A DNA stretch of 62,557 bases, the filler included, from Welwitschia mirabilis (lineage: Eukaryota), in the NCBI GenBank assembly GCA_051453625.1. It is 3 parts of one record of this genome, joined end to end, with 100 filler letters (N's around TTAATTAATTAA, not from the genome) between each part and the next. Parts side by side here need not be neighbours in the genome. Positions count along the whole stretch, not along the records: positions 1 to 22,766 come from JBOZIK010000001.1; positions 22,867 to 54,475 come from JBOZIK010000001.1; 1 more part is not named here. One strand, written 5' to 3'. A program made the position numbers and the translations under genes. How positions within the stretch are numbered: position 1 is the first letter of the stretch; the number at the start of each line of letters is the position of its first letter. The notes below the pieces were generated by a model that was not told the origin of the DNA, did not search any database, and worked only from the letters and a program-made list of their open reading frames with translations. This document shows positions 10,923 through 25,800 of the stretch, piece by piece.

Positions 10923-13450
10923 GAAGATAAGATTTCTTATCTTATAATGTTATAGATAAAGTGTTTATCTTCTTGTATTAGATGAAGTTTATCATTATGA
11001 GTTCAATACTTAGTCTTTTGATTATAAAGCCTCTATCAACTGATGTTATTACCATGTATCTTCACTGTTACTACCATGTTACTATTACATATCACTATCA
11101 TGTATCTTCTACACCACCATCATTTGCCATTGAAAATACTCATTATTTTTTATTTAACATCTAATTAAGTGCATAACTAGAATATAATCAACTTTCCATT
11201 AAGATTCTAAATTATAACTTTGAATGCATTCTACCATAAAGAACTAGTGACATCAATGGTCAAGACAATGGCACCTATATTTTTTCCTTAATTTTCTTCA
11301 AATTTTAGTATGTCTTCTAGAATGCATCAAATTATCTAAAATTATCATGCAAAAGTGTACAAACTTAAAAATCATGCTAAAAATAGCATAAGACATAATT
11401 TTATGATAAAACAACTATTTTAATGTCTTCACCTAAATCTAATTGATCAATTATACTTCTTCTGAAGTTAATTTTTACATGCTAATACACCTCTTAACCA
11501 GACTTTTATTAGACTCTTAATAAAAAGTTGATAAAGAAATGATCGACATGAAAAAATTATCTAAGGAAAAATACTCAAGTGTGAAAAATGATATATCTTT
11601 TGAAAAATTTTTATCATTTTTTTTAAAAAATAAGTCATTAGGATTTAAAACATCATGTAAGAAATTGATGCAATACCCCTAAAGTTTAGAAGATGGAGAA
11701 ATTTACAACAACTTTTAAGATCATGTTATCACAATTTTAGAATGCATCCTTCATGAAAAGTCATTTTATTAATAGAAATATGTAAAGTAATGCAAATAGG
11801 CTATATGCAAAGAAATAAAAAGAAAATGATAAAAAAATGCATGAGGTGAAAGGAAATTCTACAAGAAATCACTAACTAATGAGGTTTTAGTAATGATTAT
11901 TATAGATGAAAGGGAGAAAAATGAAAGATTAAATATTAAGAAGGAGAAGACATAGAAACAAAAAGAATTATAAGAATGAAGATGACGAAAAGAGTGTTAA
12001 CATGACATGAAAAATGGATGAAAACCAAGTTACAGTCTATTTCTAAGAAAAAGAATGATCTAATAATGAGCTAAGATGATTATGAATCAAAAAAAGAGGC
12101 TTTGTAAAGGAGAATGGGATGAACAATGGGAAATTGATGGTGGTTTAGGTGAATTCTCATGGTAGCACCATTTTTCTATGACAGAAGATCTAGAGGTTGG
12201 AATTATAAATAGATGAAGATGTAGTGGTTACAAAAACATAATGGATGAAGTAATGAAATGACAAGAAGGTTTAGAATGAATAAAAATTTAGTAAAATTAA
12301 AGCCTTTTAATCTTAATGATATTTTAGCCTAGCTTAATTCCAACATAACTTATGGAAGGAAATATTTCATCACTATAAATAGAAATCTACATATAAGTAT
12401 GCTTTCTCATAAAGATTAAAGGGTTAACACATGTAGTTTGAAATGGTAAAATGGATGGAAAATGAAGATACAACTAATATTGTACCATGCATGCTATGAA
12501 TAAATGATACTATGAAACTAAAGTAAATGGCTTAAATAAAATTTATTTAATTATAAATCTAAGTCAAAACAAGGCAAGGCATTAATAAAGTAAATTCATG
12601 CAACTTAAGAGTAGTAAAAATATCTAAGTAACAAATTTTAAAGTAAGAAATTCATAAGAATTTTTCAATCCCACATTAAGTTATTTTCAATTTTTATCCT
12701 CTATGATTATAAGTAATATCCTTCAAGCATGTAAAAATTTTGAGTATTCATTGTTAGTTTACCTTTTTCTAATAAAGTTAAAACACGTTATACATGAAGA
12801 AGTTAATTTTGCATCATCGGTGAGCATTTATAGCCCTAATGTAATTGAATGTATTACAAATGAACCATTAGAGATGCATTACTAGTAAGCATCCATAATC
12901 TTAGTGCAGTTAATTATATTCAATAGTAATGAACAAAAATTCAAATGTTCTTTTGTGGAAGAGATATTATTTTCTTTTGATTCTACTTCTCATATATAAT
13001 TTTTTTTGTACATAAGATGGCTCATTAGCTTATTATTCTAATTAAAAAATATCTTATCCTCACAAATTCTTAAAAGAAAGACACATCAGGAAAGTAAAAG
13101 AACCACCTTTTATTTCTTTGATTCTAAATTAGAGACATCAAATGAATGCAAGCTTTAAGAAAAGAACTTAAAAAATGACTTTTTATTGAGAAACATTGAT
13201 TCACCTAATCTCAACCAAAAGCATGAAATAATAAAGATATTTTATTATTATTTCTTAAAAATGCTACTATCCAAGCTCACTAAGTCTCATAAAAGAACAG
13301 TAATATGGATGATGTAGTTGGTATATGAACCTTATGAGTAGTACCATATTATAAGTGATGGATGATAAGATTTAAGTAGTGATGGCTTATTCTATACTAA
13401 GGGTGGTATTTGAGGTTTTCCAAATGAAAAGGCTTAAGAAAATGATTGTA
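10923..13450. other. Highly decayed, unassigned retroelement-like sequence
   Basis: LTR/PPT-like junction near 11480-11515 and purine-rich tracts like Athila 3' regions; no domain recognised. Confidence 0.3.
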
Positions 13451-16400
13451 CATATCATATCCCATATTTTATGAACCTTAATTACTTAGATATTAAGTGT
13501 TTAATCAGATGATACATTACTCTTCTTTAAAAGTCTTGTCAAAATAAGATTGTATTTTAAATTAACCTTAGTTTGTAATCTTCATAATTTACCATGAAGA
13601 TGATAATAATTATGTTAGAAGGTTTTTATGAGAAAAGTTATCTAAACATTTAAAATTGGATAAATCCGTTATGTAAGGAATTAAAATTATATGATAAAAC
13701 TAATAAATTAAAAATTTTAAGAGAACATAATAATGTATTTATAAATATTAATTACTCTTCTTCGTAAATTTGATAGATGTAGTACATTATGAATAGACAT
13801 TTTCTTCCTTATGTTATGTGATTGATAGATTTTATGTATTATGAAATAAATGTGTATGTGAATAAGTACATACACTATTATATAGAAATAACAATGATAA
13901 ATGAGTAGATTTACTTTACTATAACTTTTATCTTCTTTAGATGTGTAAGGAACTTGGTTCATAGCCTATTCATTATGTTTTTCATTAGAATTAAAGAGTC
14001 TATCTTATTATGTCACATGATAATTTTGATATTTTTGCATTTATTCTTTTAATGCATATCTTAAATGAATTAAACTTTCTTATGAGCCTATGAAGGATTA
14101 AGAATGAGCTGTCATGAGTAAATGATGTATGTAATTAATCTTACTAAGTAAAGCAAGAAAATTACTCATCCAAATTAGGTGCATGAGTCATAAATATCTT
14201 TTCTCTTTTTGTACTCCAATATCACTTATTACTCATCCTACTTATCAATGATAAATCATGTGATCTTATAACTTTGAGATATACACCTTTTATTTATCTA
14301 TATATAGAGATCTTTTCTTATTTTATAAAAATGAGGAGATATTTTAAATTTTTTTTATGCAAGTGCAGTTTCTTCTTTTCTCTTTCTTTCTTTCGTTCTC
14401 TTACTTATAGAGCTTGGAGATGGAAAACTTGTAGCTAGGGACTCTTAAACTTGGATCCTCATCAATCCTCAACTAGTAAGGACTTACTAGTTTTTTAAAG
14501 TAAGGTATTTACTTATGTTATTCACATGATCTCTTTTACTATTTTTGTAATATTGCATTAGATCACTATTTATTATATATCATAAAATTAGGTTATTCCC
14601 TTTCATTGACTCTCACCAAGATGTGGGAGATACGAGGAATCTCCTATGCTTGGTGATAGAGGTTACTAATGTATAATTATGACTAAGTCACTACTTTCAA
14701 AATTCACTATATACTCAAGTTTCCATGTTATTTTATATTAATATACATAACAATGTATTTTCATTTATTATGCATAAGATCCATCTTAATAGAAGTGAAT
14801 TCTGATCCTCAAAAATCTCTCTTAGGCTAGTACTCCTTCATGGTAATCCTAAGGGTCCTTATATATGCTTTCGTAAATTGATTTAATTTTTATTTTTAGA
14901 TTAATTTGCATTAGTACTATTTAGTAAAGTGACACTATAAATAATTAGTTTAGTTAGTATATTTATTAATTCACTAATTTAAATTATTGCATAACTATTT
15001 GTAGAAAATTTATGATATTTTTATAAGTCAAGGATTTGTTATAATTTTGAAAATGCAAAAATAGTAATTTTTTAATGTGTACTAATTTTTAAGAAATGTA
15101 TTTATTAAAATACGTTAGAAAATAAATGCAAATAATAGTAAGTAATTAATTTATATTTCTATAATCAAAAATTAAGATATCTATAAACTTGATCATTCTA
15201 AATTTTAAAGAATTAAATAATATTTCCAAAGCATCTTAAATCATTTAAAAACTCAAAGTATTTTAAAAGTTATGATCATTTTAGTGCAGTGCAGTAGAAC
15301 TGTAATTTTAAAACATTTGATAGTTTTTAACCTTAGATCATGATCTTAGAAAAAATATTTTTATAACTTTAAGATAGCTTATGTTAGTTTTTAAGGATCC
15401 TATTATGAATTTAGTTTATTAAAAAATATAGTAATTTATTTTTTTAATTTATCGTTAATTAATTATTAAATTTTTAATTTCATATCTCCTTAGAGCTGAA
15501 AAACATTATATCTAAGGTTTTCAATTATACAAAAATTACTACATAATATTTTATAAGAAATTGAAATATATAAGATAAGTTTCTATCATTAGCCTAATAT
15601 TTTATTATAAAAAATATGTCTTTTTCCTTTTTCCTTTATCTTACTTTGAATGTGCATTCTTGTCAGAGTTTTCACCTTAGCAGTTTAAGTAACTTAAATA
15701 GACCTTGATTTATTACTAATTTTCTTGACTTATAATATAGCTATATGAGTCTTGAATAAAATAGTATATTTTAATAACCATACTTAAGCTATAATTTTTT
15801 TTGTTTATCTTCATTACACTAATCCATGAAGATTGACATATGAGCATAGAGGAATATTTCTAGGATAGGCATAGTTTCAAGTATGAATTAGTTTCTTTAA
15901 TTCCATTATTAAGATGTGATTTAATACATGCTAAATTTTTTTGTTATTATCGAAAGAAATAAAAAGTTATTTCCTTTATTTAGATTTTTATTATTATAAT
16001 CTTAAAATAAAGATGTTCTAGTATGCTTATTTTCTTTTTTATGATTGTTTTTATAAAATAAACTTAATGATGATTAGAATTATTATAACTAGGTAAAAAT
16101 CTATTAAATAACCATGTTAGTTAGAATTTCATGGATGCATTTATGTGGTGTATTCATTAAACAAGACTAAATTAAGATAAATCTAATAATAATCATACCC
16201 ACACTTAGATTTCATCATCAAGGTGGGTTATATTGCTTTTTTTTTATTTGGTTAAACACTATCCTTCTGGAATTGGATTTGATCACCACTCTCTTATCCT
16301 ACCCATGTATGAACTTACTTTGACTTAATATATTGAGTCCCTCATGTCAATGTATCATTTTTTAGTATGCACAAATGTTTTAAAGAAGTAGAATTATTTG

Positions 16401-19400
16401 AAAACATGCATCAACCTCATGTACTTCATGTTACTTGTATCGGGGGTATCAGGATGAAGTGTAAGTCTATGTATTTGACTCTAGCCATCTTTGTATAGTT
16501 TAAAACATAAGTACAATCAACTCATGTGTGGAGAATGATTGGATATCAAGTTGAAATTTCATTAAAGGGAGTTGTTATGTTCTATTATATTAGTTTAGTA
16601 TTATTCTAAACTTATCCATGTATATTTGTAATAACTTTAATCTTCTCAATTATTTACAATATATCTTTCTATATGACAAAAGATTAGGAAGAAATGGAGG
16701 ATATAAACTTATGAAATTGTTTTTTTTAATAAACAAAAATAACCTAGGAAATAATTCTAAATAAATATATAATAATAGTATGATTTATTTTTCTTAAAAT
16801 AAAAAATGATAATAATGAAATAGGTAAATTTTAATCCTAGGTTCTGTTGTGTTTATTATGTAATAATATTAAAGAATAAAGAAGAGGAAAAAAAGTACTT
16901 AATTAGGGTAAGAAAGATAGGTTATCATAAATTAGTATTAGAGGTTTAGATTAACTTAAATAATACTTATGTTCAGCACTTATAAATTTATAAGAATATA
17001 AATCCAATTATATCTTTAATAACCTTTTTTTCTTAACAATCATAAATTTACTTATAATCATAATGACCTTAATTCCTACTAGCTATAAATTTAATTATAT
17101 CCCCATTAGTCTTAAATCATGAGTAAAATCAATTATATCCTTAATAATACTAGTTTCCAAGATAACTTTAACTACTAATAAGCATAAATTTACTCATATC
17201 TTTCAATAGTCATAAATTTGCTTATACCTATAATTTTCCTACTTCTTAAATATATACAAATCATATTTATATTAATTCTAATAATATAATAATTATATTA
17301 ACTATAATCTTAGCATCTTAGCAATGCTAGAATTTGATTATCTTTGGGATAATTCCAAGGTATTTTTAAGGTTAACTATAAGTATTCATAAGGTTAACTA
17401 TAACCCTAACCCCTATATGATCATTATGCTACTTATATTTATGATAATCCTAAATTCCTAAAAAAACTTAAAAGGATAATAAATTCAAGTTATTAAATAC
17501 TTAATTACCTTATAGCCATAGATAATAATCATATAGGAGTATTACAATTATCTTAAAAATTTAGGATAATGATATTATATGATTTAGCTTAACCTTTAGA
17601 AAGAAATATAAATACATGAAATAATGTCTTATAATTAGATACCCTTGGAAATAAGTAAACCTCTAATCAAGTTATTCATTCTAAATTATATGGTCACATA
17701 ACCTTATAGTAAAAACTCATATTCATAACTTATAAACCTAGTAAACCTTATCTATTTAACATAAAAATGGAGGATAATCTTGATTATGGAATTTAGATTA
17801 TAAATTAGGACCAATAACCTCATAATGATAATCATGTTTTTCCTAAGATCATAAAAAATGTTTTTAACTTTTAATACTATTTATCCTATTTGCAAATGTA
17901 ATCTCATAACAATTTCTCTCTCTTTCAAATGTCTCATCATTGTCAGTTATGCCTTGAGTTCAGGTCAGTTGTGTTAAGTAATCAAAATCAAGTTAATTCA
18001 TAAGAGAGCCAGTAATCTAATGATAGAAATAAACCCCCATTCATCCTTAATCCTAAAGCATTAATAAATACATTCATATAGTTCTTATTGCAAATAATAA
18101 ATCAAGGTCAAAACCCATGAGTAAGTAATGGTATTAATCAACTTAAGGAAATGGGTGTAAGGAAATTAATTCAAACATTTATTAAGATAAGTTCACTAAA
18201 GTTTGTAGGAGGTTTAAATCCTTCCAACGTAGAATTATGGCTAAGTGATGTTGAAAAGGTTATAAGTACCTAAGGATCTGATGAATATGACAAGGCTTCT
18301 TTAGCTATTTATATGTTATAAGGAGAATATAGCCTATGGTAGAAAATAGAAATGGCCAAGTTAGGAGATCTATAACTTTTATAAAGCAAATTTGAGCATA
18401 TATTTAAGGAGAGGTATATCATCAAGTTCTGTTTTTGCCAAAAAGTTATAGAATTCTACAATTTAAGATAAGCCTCTAACATGACCTTACCATCTTACGA
18501 GTGCAAATTTATAGAGTTATTGAGATATGTATCACATATGCATCTAGATAAAAAATCAAAATCAAATCTATTTATTGATAATATTTTTCCTTTTATTGTT
18601 GTTATAGTATCTATTATCAATCTAAGAATCTAGCAGAGGCAATTGAAAAGTAAAGATAGCAGAATAAAACTAGCAAAGAAAATAAGAAAATAAAAAGACA
18701 ATTCCTCCACAGATACATATCCTTAAAGAAAATAGATCAAAAATGTATCATTAAAATAAGAATTGGAAATTTAAGGAACATAATGTTAATAGTACTTATA
18801 GTAGAAATAGGAATTTTAATCAACCTAAGCAGGCTTTATTTGAAAGAAATAAAAAGTGTTTCTAGTTAAAGATATACAAGTAATCAACCTCGAAGATCTA
18901 ATTTCTAGCAAATTCCTAATAGTATTAGTATTGAAACCACTATAATAATGGGGATAGATGATTCCAATGTAAGGGAAATCATAAAGTAAAAGGATATTTA
19001 TTACATAACAAAGACCCTTCCAGATAGCAACTACAAGATCCTTAAAGATCAAAAAGTATTTCTCAATTAATAAGATAACTTCAAATAATAGTAGATAACC
19101 AAAGATGTAATTTGAGAGCTTTGCCATAGAAGGTAAGGCTTTACTTAATAACAAAAAAGTAATTAAGGTAACACATTATTTCATATCTCTTAGGATTATT
19201 ATAAGAGAAAAATTATGTTGTACTTTAATTGAGGAATGCATAAATCTAGCAAATGGATCTATATTTAAGGTTAATCAGTAGGTCCAAAATTGTTCTTTAT
19301 TCATAAGTGAAGGAGATTTTGATATGCAACCAATTGTTATTAACTTAAAAAAATATGACATTGTTTTGGATATGAACTAGTTAATGTAAAATAGAGTAGT

Positions 19401-21757
19401 CATAAATTGTGAAAAGCCTTAAGTAAAAATGATGAATTATGGTTAAAGAATAATCTTTCAAGGTCATTACAAATTAGCAGTAGAGAATATAATTATTGCA
19501 AATCATATAAAAAGAAAAATCAATAAGGAATCACTAGTTTATATGCTACATTTAAAATCAACTAGCTTAAAGAAGAGAAATGTTAATAAAGAATATACCA
19601 ATAATCCAAGAGTATCTTGATGTATTTATAACAAAATTATGAGGAATATCACTACTTCAAGAAGTCAAGTTTTCAATTAAATTGATGCTAGATATCCAAC
19701 CAATTTCTAAGAGACTATATAGAATTTCTTCTATAGAAATAAAAGAATTAAAAATTCATCTTAAAGAACTCTTACAAAAAGGTCTCATTTATCCTATTGT
19801 ATCACTATGAGGATCACATATATTATTTATAAAGAAGAAGGATGGAATACTAAGATTATTTATTATTATATAAAACTAAATAAGATTACCATTAGGAACA
19901 AGTACTTTTACCAAGAATAGATAACCTTTTTGATCAGCTTAAGGAAGTTGAGGTATTCTTAAAAATTGATCTAAAATTTGGATATCATCAAGATTAAACT
20001 AAGGAAGAAGATATTCATAAAATAGCATTTTAAGTCCTTTATAGATATTATGAGTTTACTATTATGCCTTTTAATTTAACTAATGCTCTTGCAGTATTTA
20101 TGAGTCTTATGAATTACGTCTTTCAATCACATCTTGATTTCTTTATAATAGTATTTATTGATGATACCCTCATTTATTTCAAGACTTATGAAGAGCATGA
20201 GAAATACTTAAGAATACTATTATAAACTTTATTGAATTATCAATTATATTTTAACATGAAAAAGTTCTCTTTTTGAAAGGAATACATTCAATTTCTATAT
20301 CATATGATATTCAAGGAAGATATATCTGTAGATTAAGATAAAGATATAACAATCATGGAATGGCCAACACCTATAAATATCATTGAGATTAGAATCTTTC
20401 TTGGTCTTACTAGGTTCTATTATTAATTCATCTTAAACTCTTCTAAGATAGCTTCTTTTTTAACAATCCTTTTAAAGAAAACTAAAGATTTCAAATGTAC
20501 AGAAAAATGTCGATTGCTATTTGATTGTCCTAGAAAATACTTAAGTATTTCTATAGTCTTAGTGATGCTAGATGATTCAAAGACTTTTTTAGTTTATACC
20601 TATGTATTTGGAGAAGTTTTTGGAGTAGTTCTTAAAAAAGATAAAATCGTAATAGCTTACAGATCAAGGCAACTTAAAAATCAGGAAATAAATTATTATA
20701 TTTATAATTTTGAATTAAATACAATAATTTTTTTTAAAAGTTTGGAATAATTATCTCTGTGATGTACATTTTTAAGTTTGGATAGATTATAACAGTCTAA
20801 AATAAATTTTTATCTAATTAAACTTAAACCTTAGGAAAATAAAATAGGTGAAATTTCTATGAGATTTTTATTTAGAGATTTTATATCATGAAGGCAAGGA
20901 AAATATATTTGCAAATTCTCTTAGTAAACAATATTATCTTAAATTAACCATGAAAGTTCAAATCCAAATTCCTACCATTATGTTAGAGAGATAAAAAAGA
21001 AATGAGAATTATCAAAAATTAAAGAACCAATTAGAAAAATTAGTAGCTTTAAATCATTTTAGTATTAATTTAGATGGTATTATTAGATTCAAAGGAAGAT
21101 TTTTGATTTCTAATATAGATGGAATTATACATAAGCTAATGTTTGAATTTCATAATCCACCTATATTAAGTAATTCTCAAGGAACTAAAATGTATGAAAA
21201 CATGAAACAAAAATTTTGATGGCTAGGAATGAAAAAGGATATATCAAAATTTGTGTCAAGATGCCTTAATTATTAACAAGTTAAAGTAGAACATAGAAAT
21301 ATAGTAGGATTACCTTATCCTTATGATATTCCATAATATAAATGGAATTAAATTTGAATGAACTTTATTATGAGACTTTCAAAAACTAAAAGAGGAAATA
21401 ACTCTATCATGGTAATAATTGATAGAGCAACTAAGTTAGGATATTTCATTTTAGTTAAATCTACTTATGATGCTAAGAATATAGCTAAAGTATATATTCA
21501 AAATGTTATTTAGTTACATGGTATGCCTTTAATAATGATCTTGAATAGAGATTTAAAATTTACTTTTAAGTTTTAGCAAGAATTACAAATGGGTTTGGAA
21601 ACCAAGTTAAATATGAGAACTACATTTTATCTTCAAACAAATGGTCAAGTAAAGATAATTAATCAAATTTTAAAATATCTTCTGAGAGCATGGATTCTAA
21701 ATAATTCCAAAAGTTGAAAAGAGTACCTACCATTAGTAGAATTTATATATAGTAAAC
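13450..21757 (+). mobile_element. Chromovirus (Tekay/Del-like) Ty3/gypsy element; long 5' LTR (left end approximate), truncated by a gap
   Basis: LTR end GGTTATCATA at 16929 followed by decayed tRNA-Met PBS TAGTATTAGAG (16933-16943), then gag-pol remnants. Confidence 0.75.
17930..21757 (+). pseudogene. Tekay/Del gag-PR-RT-RH-INT remnant
   Basis: KFVGGLNPSNVELWLSDVEKV (gag), YDIVLDMN (PR), [27 protein letters not shown] and IVFIDDTLIY (RT), VIAYRSRQLK (RH), QQVKVEHR-like and LQTNGQ (INT). Confidence 0.9.
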
Positions 21758-21857
21758 NNNNNNNNNNNNNNNNNNNNNNNNNNNNNNNNNNNNNNNNNNN
21801 NNNNNNNNNNNNNNNNNNNNNNNNNNNNNNNNNNNNNNNNNNNNNNNNNNNNNNNNN

Positions 21858-22766
21858 AAAGAAAAAACAATATGTCCCGTATTGGAAAATAAAGCAAAGA
21901 GAGTAAACGGGAGTGAGAAGACAGGTAATGAATATAAGGACAATTTTCAAAACAAAGTGCAAAGCTGAGTAATGTCAGGTTTAAAAAATATAGAGATATG
22001 AAATATTCTAACAAGTAAAAGAGTGAATAATAAAAATGTTTCGTCACAAAAGAAACATAAGCAATGCTTTATAACACCAAAATCTGAAAAATAACACAAA
22101 TTTATTGAGAAAAGACTTATATAAGTAACATATCATCTTTTATTAAAAAATTAATTACGAAAACATGCTAAGAAAATACAGTAATGACTTTAAGATAACT
22201 AACCTAACCATAAAAGGAAAAAAAGAATGGACATAAGATAACATAAATAAAAGATAGCTCACCAATCTAACATTTTAACCTAGCAAATTCCAATGAAAGA
22301 AGCCATAACATCACTTGATGTGGAAAATGCATGACTTAATGTATAAAAATTCCATTCGATAAGGCAGTGGTTATGATGATTCTAGAGAAAAATGTATTCA
22401 ATAATGAATGATCAGATCAAAGAATTACTTAAAAATGAACTCTCCTTCTATCATCTCAAAACAAACACCTAAATCTCAAGAAATGAAATGATCATATGGA
22501 AAGACTAAGAATCTAGAAAACAAGCAATACCTCTGATGTTTTCAGGAACACCACTGATCCCATAGCCTCATTGTTTAAATACAACTTTATTATCTATGAT
22601 GAGAGGAGTGAAACCATAGTCAGAGAAGTAAGGACTCATGAAGCATGGCCAACTGACCTCTCATGAAGTTCCCATAGCTACCATATTACACTACCAACAG
22701 CTCCTCTTAGAAATATTTTCTCTGGTGTACTTGCGGTAGGACATTATGGTGACCATGTTTTTGAGA
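21858..22766 (-). mobile_element. Isolated contig: Athila-like post-integrase 3' region
   Basis: 22250-22760 is colinear with 37255-37750 and partly with 54340-54475. Confidence 0.6.
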
Positions 22767-22866
22767 NNNNNNNNNNNNNNNNNNNNNNNNNNNNNNNNNN
22801 NNNNNNNNNNTTAATTAATTAANNNNNNNNNNNNNNNNNNNNNNNNNNNNNNNNNNNNNNNNNNNN
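22767..22866. other. Artificial scaffold spacer (44 N + TTAATTAATTAA + 44 N)
   Basis: Exactly 100 bp; the 12-mer has stop codons in all six frames; an identical construct sits at 54476-54575. Confidence 0.95.
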
Positions 22867-25800
22867 TAATCCAATTATACAACAAATACAATTTCAACCC
22901 CCTTTTCCTTCACACGCTTTTATATTTCAACTAGTTTTAGGAAAATCTTATTACCTTCCTTCTCAATAACTATAGAGCTTTTAACAAGCACAACCATCTC
23001 AATAACAACAACTCTAATTGCCTAAACAACAATCTTGAACGTAGCAACAACCTTATACCACTTAAAATCAAGACTAAAATCAGCCTTAAAACTAAAACCT
23101 AATTCAAAGACCTAGGAAAAACTTCACTAGGTTAGAAATACCATTGACAAAGATCCTTATAATTTTACTACAAAAGGGTGTAATCCAACTATCTTCAATG
23201 AGGGAAAAAAATCCAAACATACTGAAACCTATGAACTAGGATGAGTTGAAGTACTACGAATACCATAGGATCAGAAGACATCACACTAAAAACTATTTTA
23301 ATTTGACACACATTATCTAAGATATCATTAAAAACAAAAAAGACATTAAGTTTGATACAATCCTTACGGTTGTAAATGAATAGCTGAAGATCTATAAGAA
23401 CCCTTTTCCTACTCAAGCCTTTACATTACAAATTCCACAAAATGTGATAATTCAAGATGATAATGATTCTTATGCAATTTGGACAATCTAAGATTAATCA
23501 TTGAAATCATTAGAATAAATCATTTAAGAAAATAGACAAAAACTACAAGAACTAATCCGAATGAAAGATGATCAAACGTATCCCACTTCTCAACCAAACA
23601 TTCAGTCACAATCGCATGCCTTTAAAGTAGAGGAATAATATCATTACCNNNNNNNNNNTTACCTCTCTTCATTGATCGAAAACTCTAAATCTTATAGATA
23701 ATCCTTTGAAAGATTATGTGAGAAATGCTTAACATCTAAAAAAACCTTTGAAATAAAAGCCTACCTCAAGCCAAGTAGACATTCAAAAATATAATAAGGA
23801 TTATGAAGTTATCCAATTTCAATCTAATGAAATCTCATCCACTTCCTGAAAAACAATAATTATAGAAACACCCAATATTTTAGTAAACATTAGATCTACT
23901 AAAGTATCTAGATCCTTTGTTGATTATGGGGCTGAATTAAATGTTATTGGATCATCATGCCTAAATAAAATTAACCTACAACATCTAATAGATTTAAAGA
24001 AAAGTGTAACTATTAGAGGCTTTAATGATCATGAAGATAAATCTAAGGGAATAGTCACTTTACCAGTTGAGGTGGCTCAAAAAGTCAATGATACCAAATT
24101 TCATATGATTGACAATGCTGTTGCATTCAATTTACTTCTAAGTCATCTTTAGATCATGGATACAGGGGCAATTATTTTGTTATCTCATCAAAAGCTTAAA
24201 TTCATCAGATCAAAAATATCAGTACCACTAGAAAGAATTCATACAATGGCAAATGTTAAGGCAAGATCTTAAGCATCTTCCTCATCACCACCTTGAATCT
24301 TAAAAAAAATGAATCATTTAATNNNNNNNNNNNNNNNNNNNNNNNNNNNNNNNNNNNNNNNNNNNNNNNNNNNNNNNNNNNNNNNNNNNNNNNNNNNNNN
24401 NNNNNNNNNNNNNNNNNNNNNNATCACCACCTTGAATCTTAAAAAAAATGAATCATTTCATTTTTACACTTCAAACATCATCCTATAGATCCTCATAGAC
24501 TCAAGGTTTCACAAATTCCTGATGTACAAATCTTGAAATCAGGATAGACTCCATTTCTTCTAGATGATTTTCCTATTAGCTCGTGATTATTTTCTTCCAT
24601 ACAAATTTTTATTAAAAACAATAAAAAAAATAAGAACATGTTTTCAATATTTCACCTTTTTCAATTCTTTAGTTATAAGAGTTCATTCATATTTTCTTAT
24701 TTTCTCAAAACTTCAATCATTAGTTCTTATTTTAATCTTTATCTTCATAGGGTGCTAAAATGAAAATCCAATTAAAGTTATCTTTATGCATTACCTTAGC
24801 TAGTCAACTTGTTGAAAGGTACATTGATTTTAATTTTATAGATTTTAACTATAGTAGATCTTTGAAACCATCTATTTGTCTTAATAAAGAATAAATGACC
24901 AAAACTACTGAAGCTTATGAAATAATGAAATATCAAAATGTGAAATCATCTTTAGCAAAATAACAAGATGTCGAAACATATGATTTTCAAGTAGATCCCG
25001 ATGATTAAGAAAAATCACTCAAAATTAATTAACATTTACCACAAGGAGTTAAATTAGATCTTGAAGTTGTGTTGTTATCCAACAAAGATACATTATCTTG
25101 GCATAATAAGGATACGTTAGGCATCAATAAATCAATTGTCATGCATAACATCATTTTAAAACCAAAATCAACTCTAGTGAAATAGAAGGTTAGAAAAATT
25201 AATCCTCACCTTGCATTAGTAGTAAAAGAAAACTTGGAACATCTTCTAGCTATAGGATTCATTAGACCAATTGACTAGTCAGACTGGTTACCAAACATGG
25301 TAGTTGTTCTAAAGAAGAATGGTCAAATTATAATTTGTATAATTATTAAAACTTAAATAAGGTAACTCCAAAAGATAATTATCCTTTACCAAACATCAAC
25401 ATTCTAGTAGACAACACGGTTGATTATGACCTTTTATCATTCATGGATGGTTATTCAAGTTATAATAAGATATTTATCAATCCTAAAGATTAACATAAGA
25501 CTATATTTATAACATCTTAGGGACTATTTTATTATTTTAGGATGCCCTTTAGACTGACAAATGCTAGTACAACATACCAATGAGTAATGATACATATATT
25601 TTACAACTTAATACATCACAACGTAAAAGATTATGTTAATGATGTGGTAGTGAAATCAAAAATAGTAGATGATCATCCAACTGATTTAAGATAACTCTTC
25701 AAGTAAGCAAGACAATATAATTTAGGACTCAACCCAAAGAAATGTGTTTTTAATAGACCATCAGGAAAGCTCTTAGGTTCCATGGTTTCAAAACAAGGCA

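Noticed and set aside
9714-10927. GAAGA as the TSD of the solo LTR
   Set aside because: The left copy is offset by 3 bp from the LTR start; the immediate flanks GACCC/GAAGA do not match.
17401-17412. Telomere-like TAACCCTAACCC
   Set aside because: Only two units within an AT-rich retroelement leader; expected by chance.
24284-24461. Direct repeat flanking the 100-N gap
   Set aside because: A near-identical ~37 bp on both sides indicates an unmerged contig overlap, not a biological repeat.
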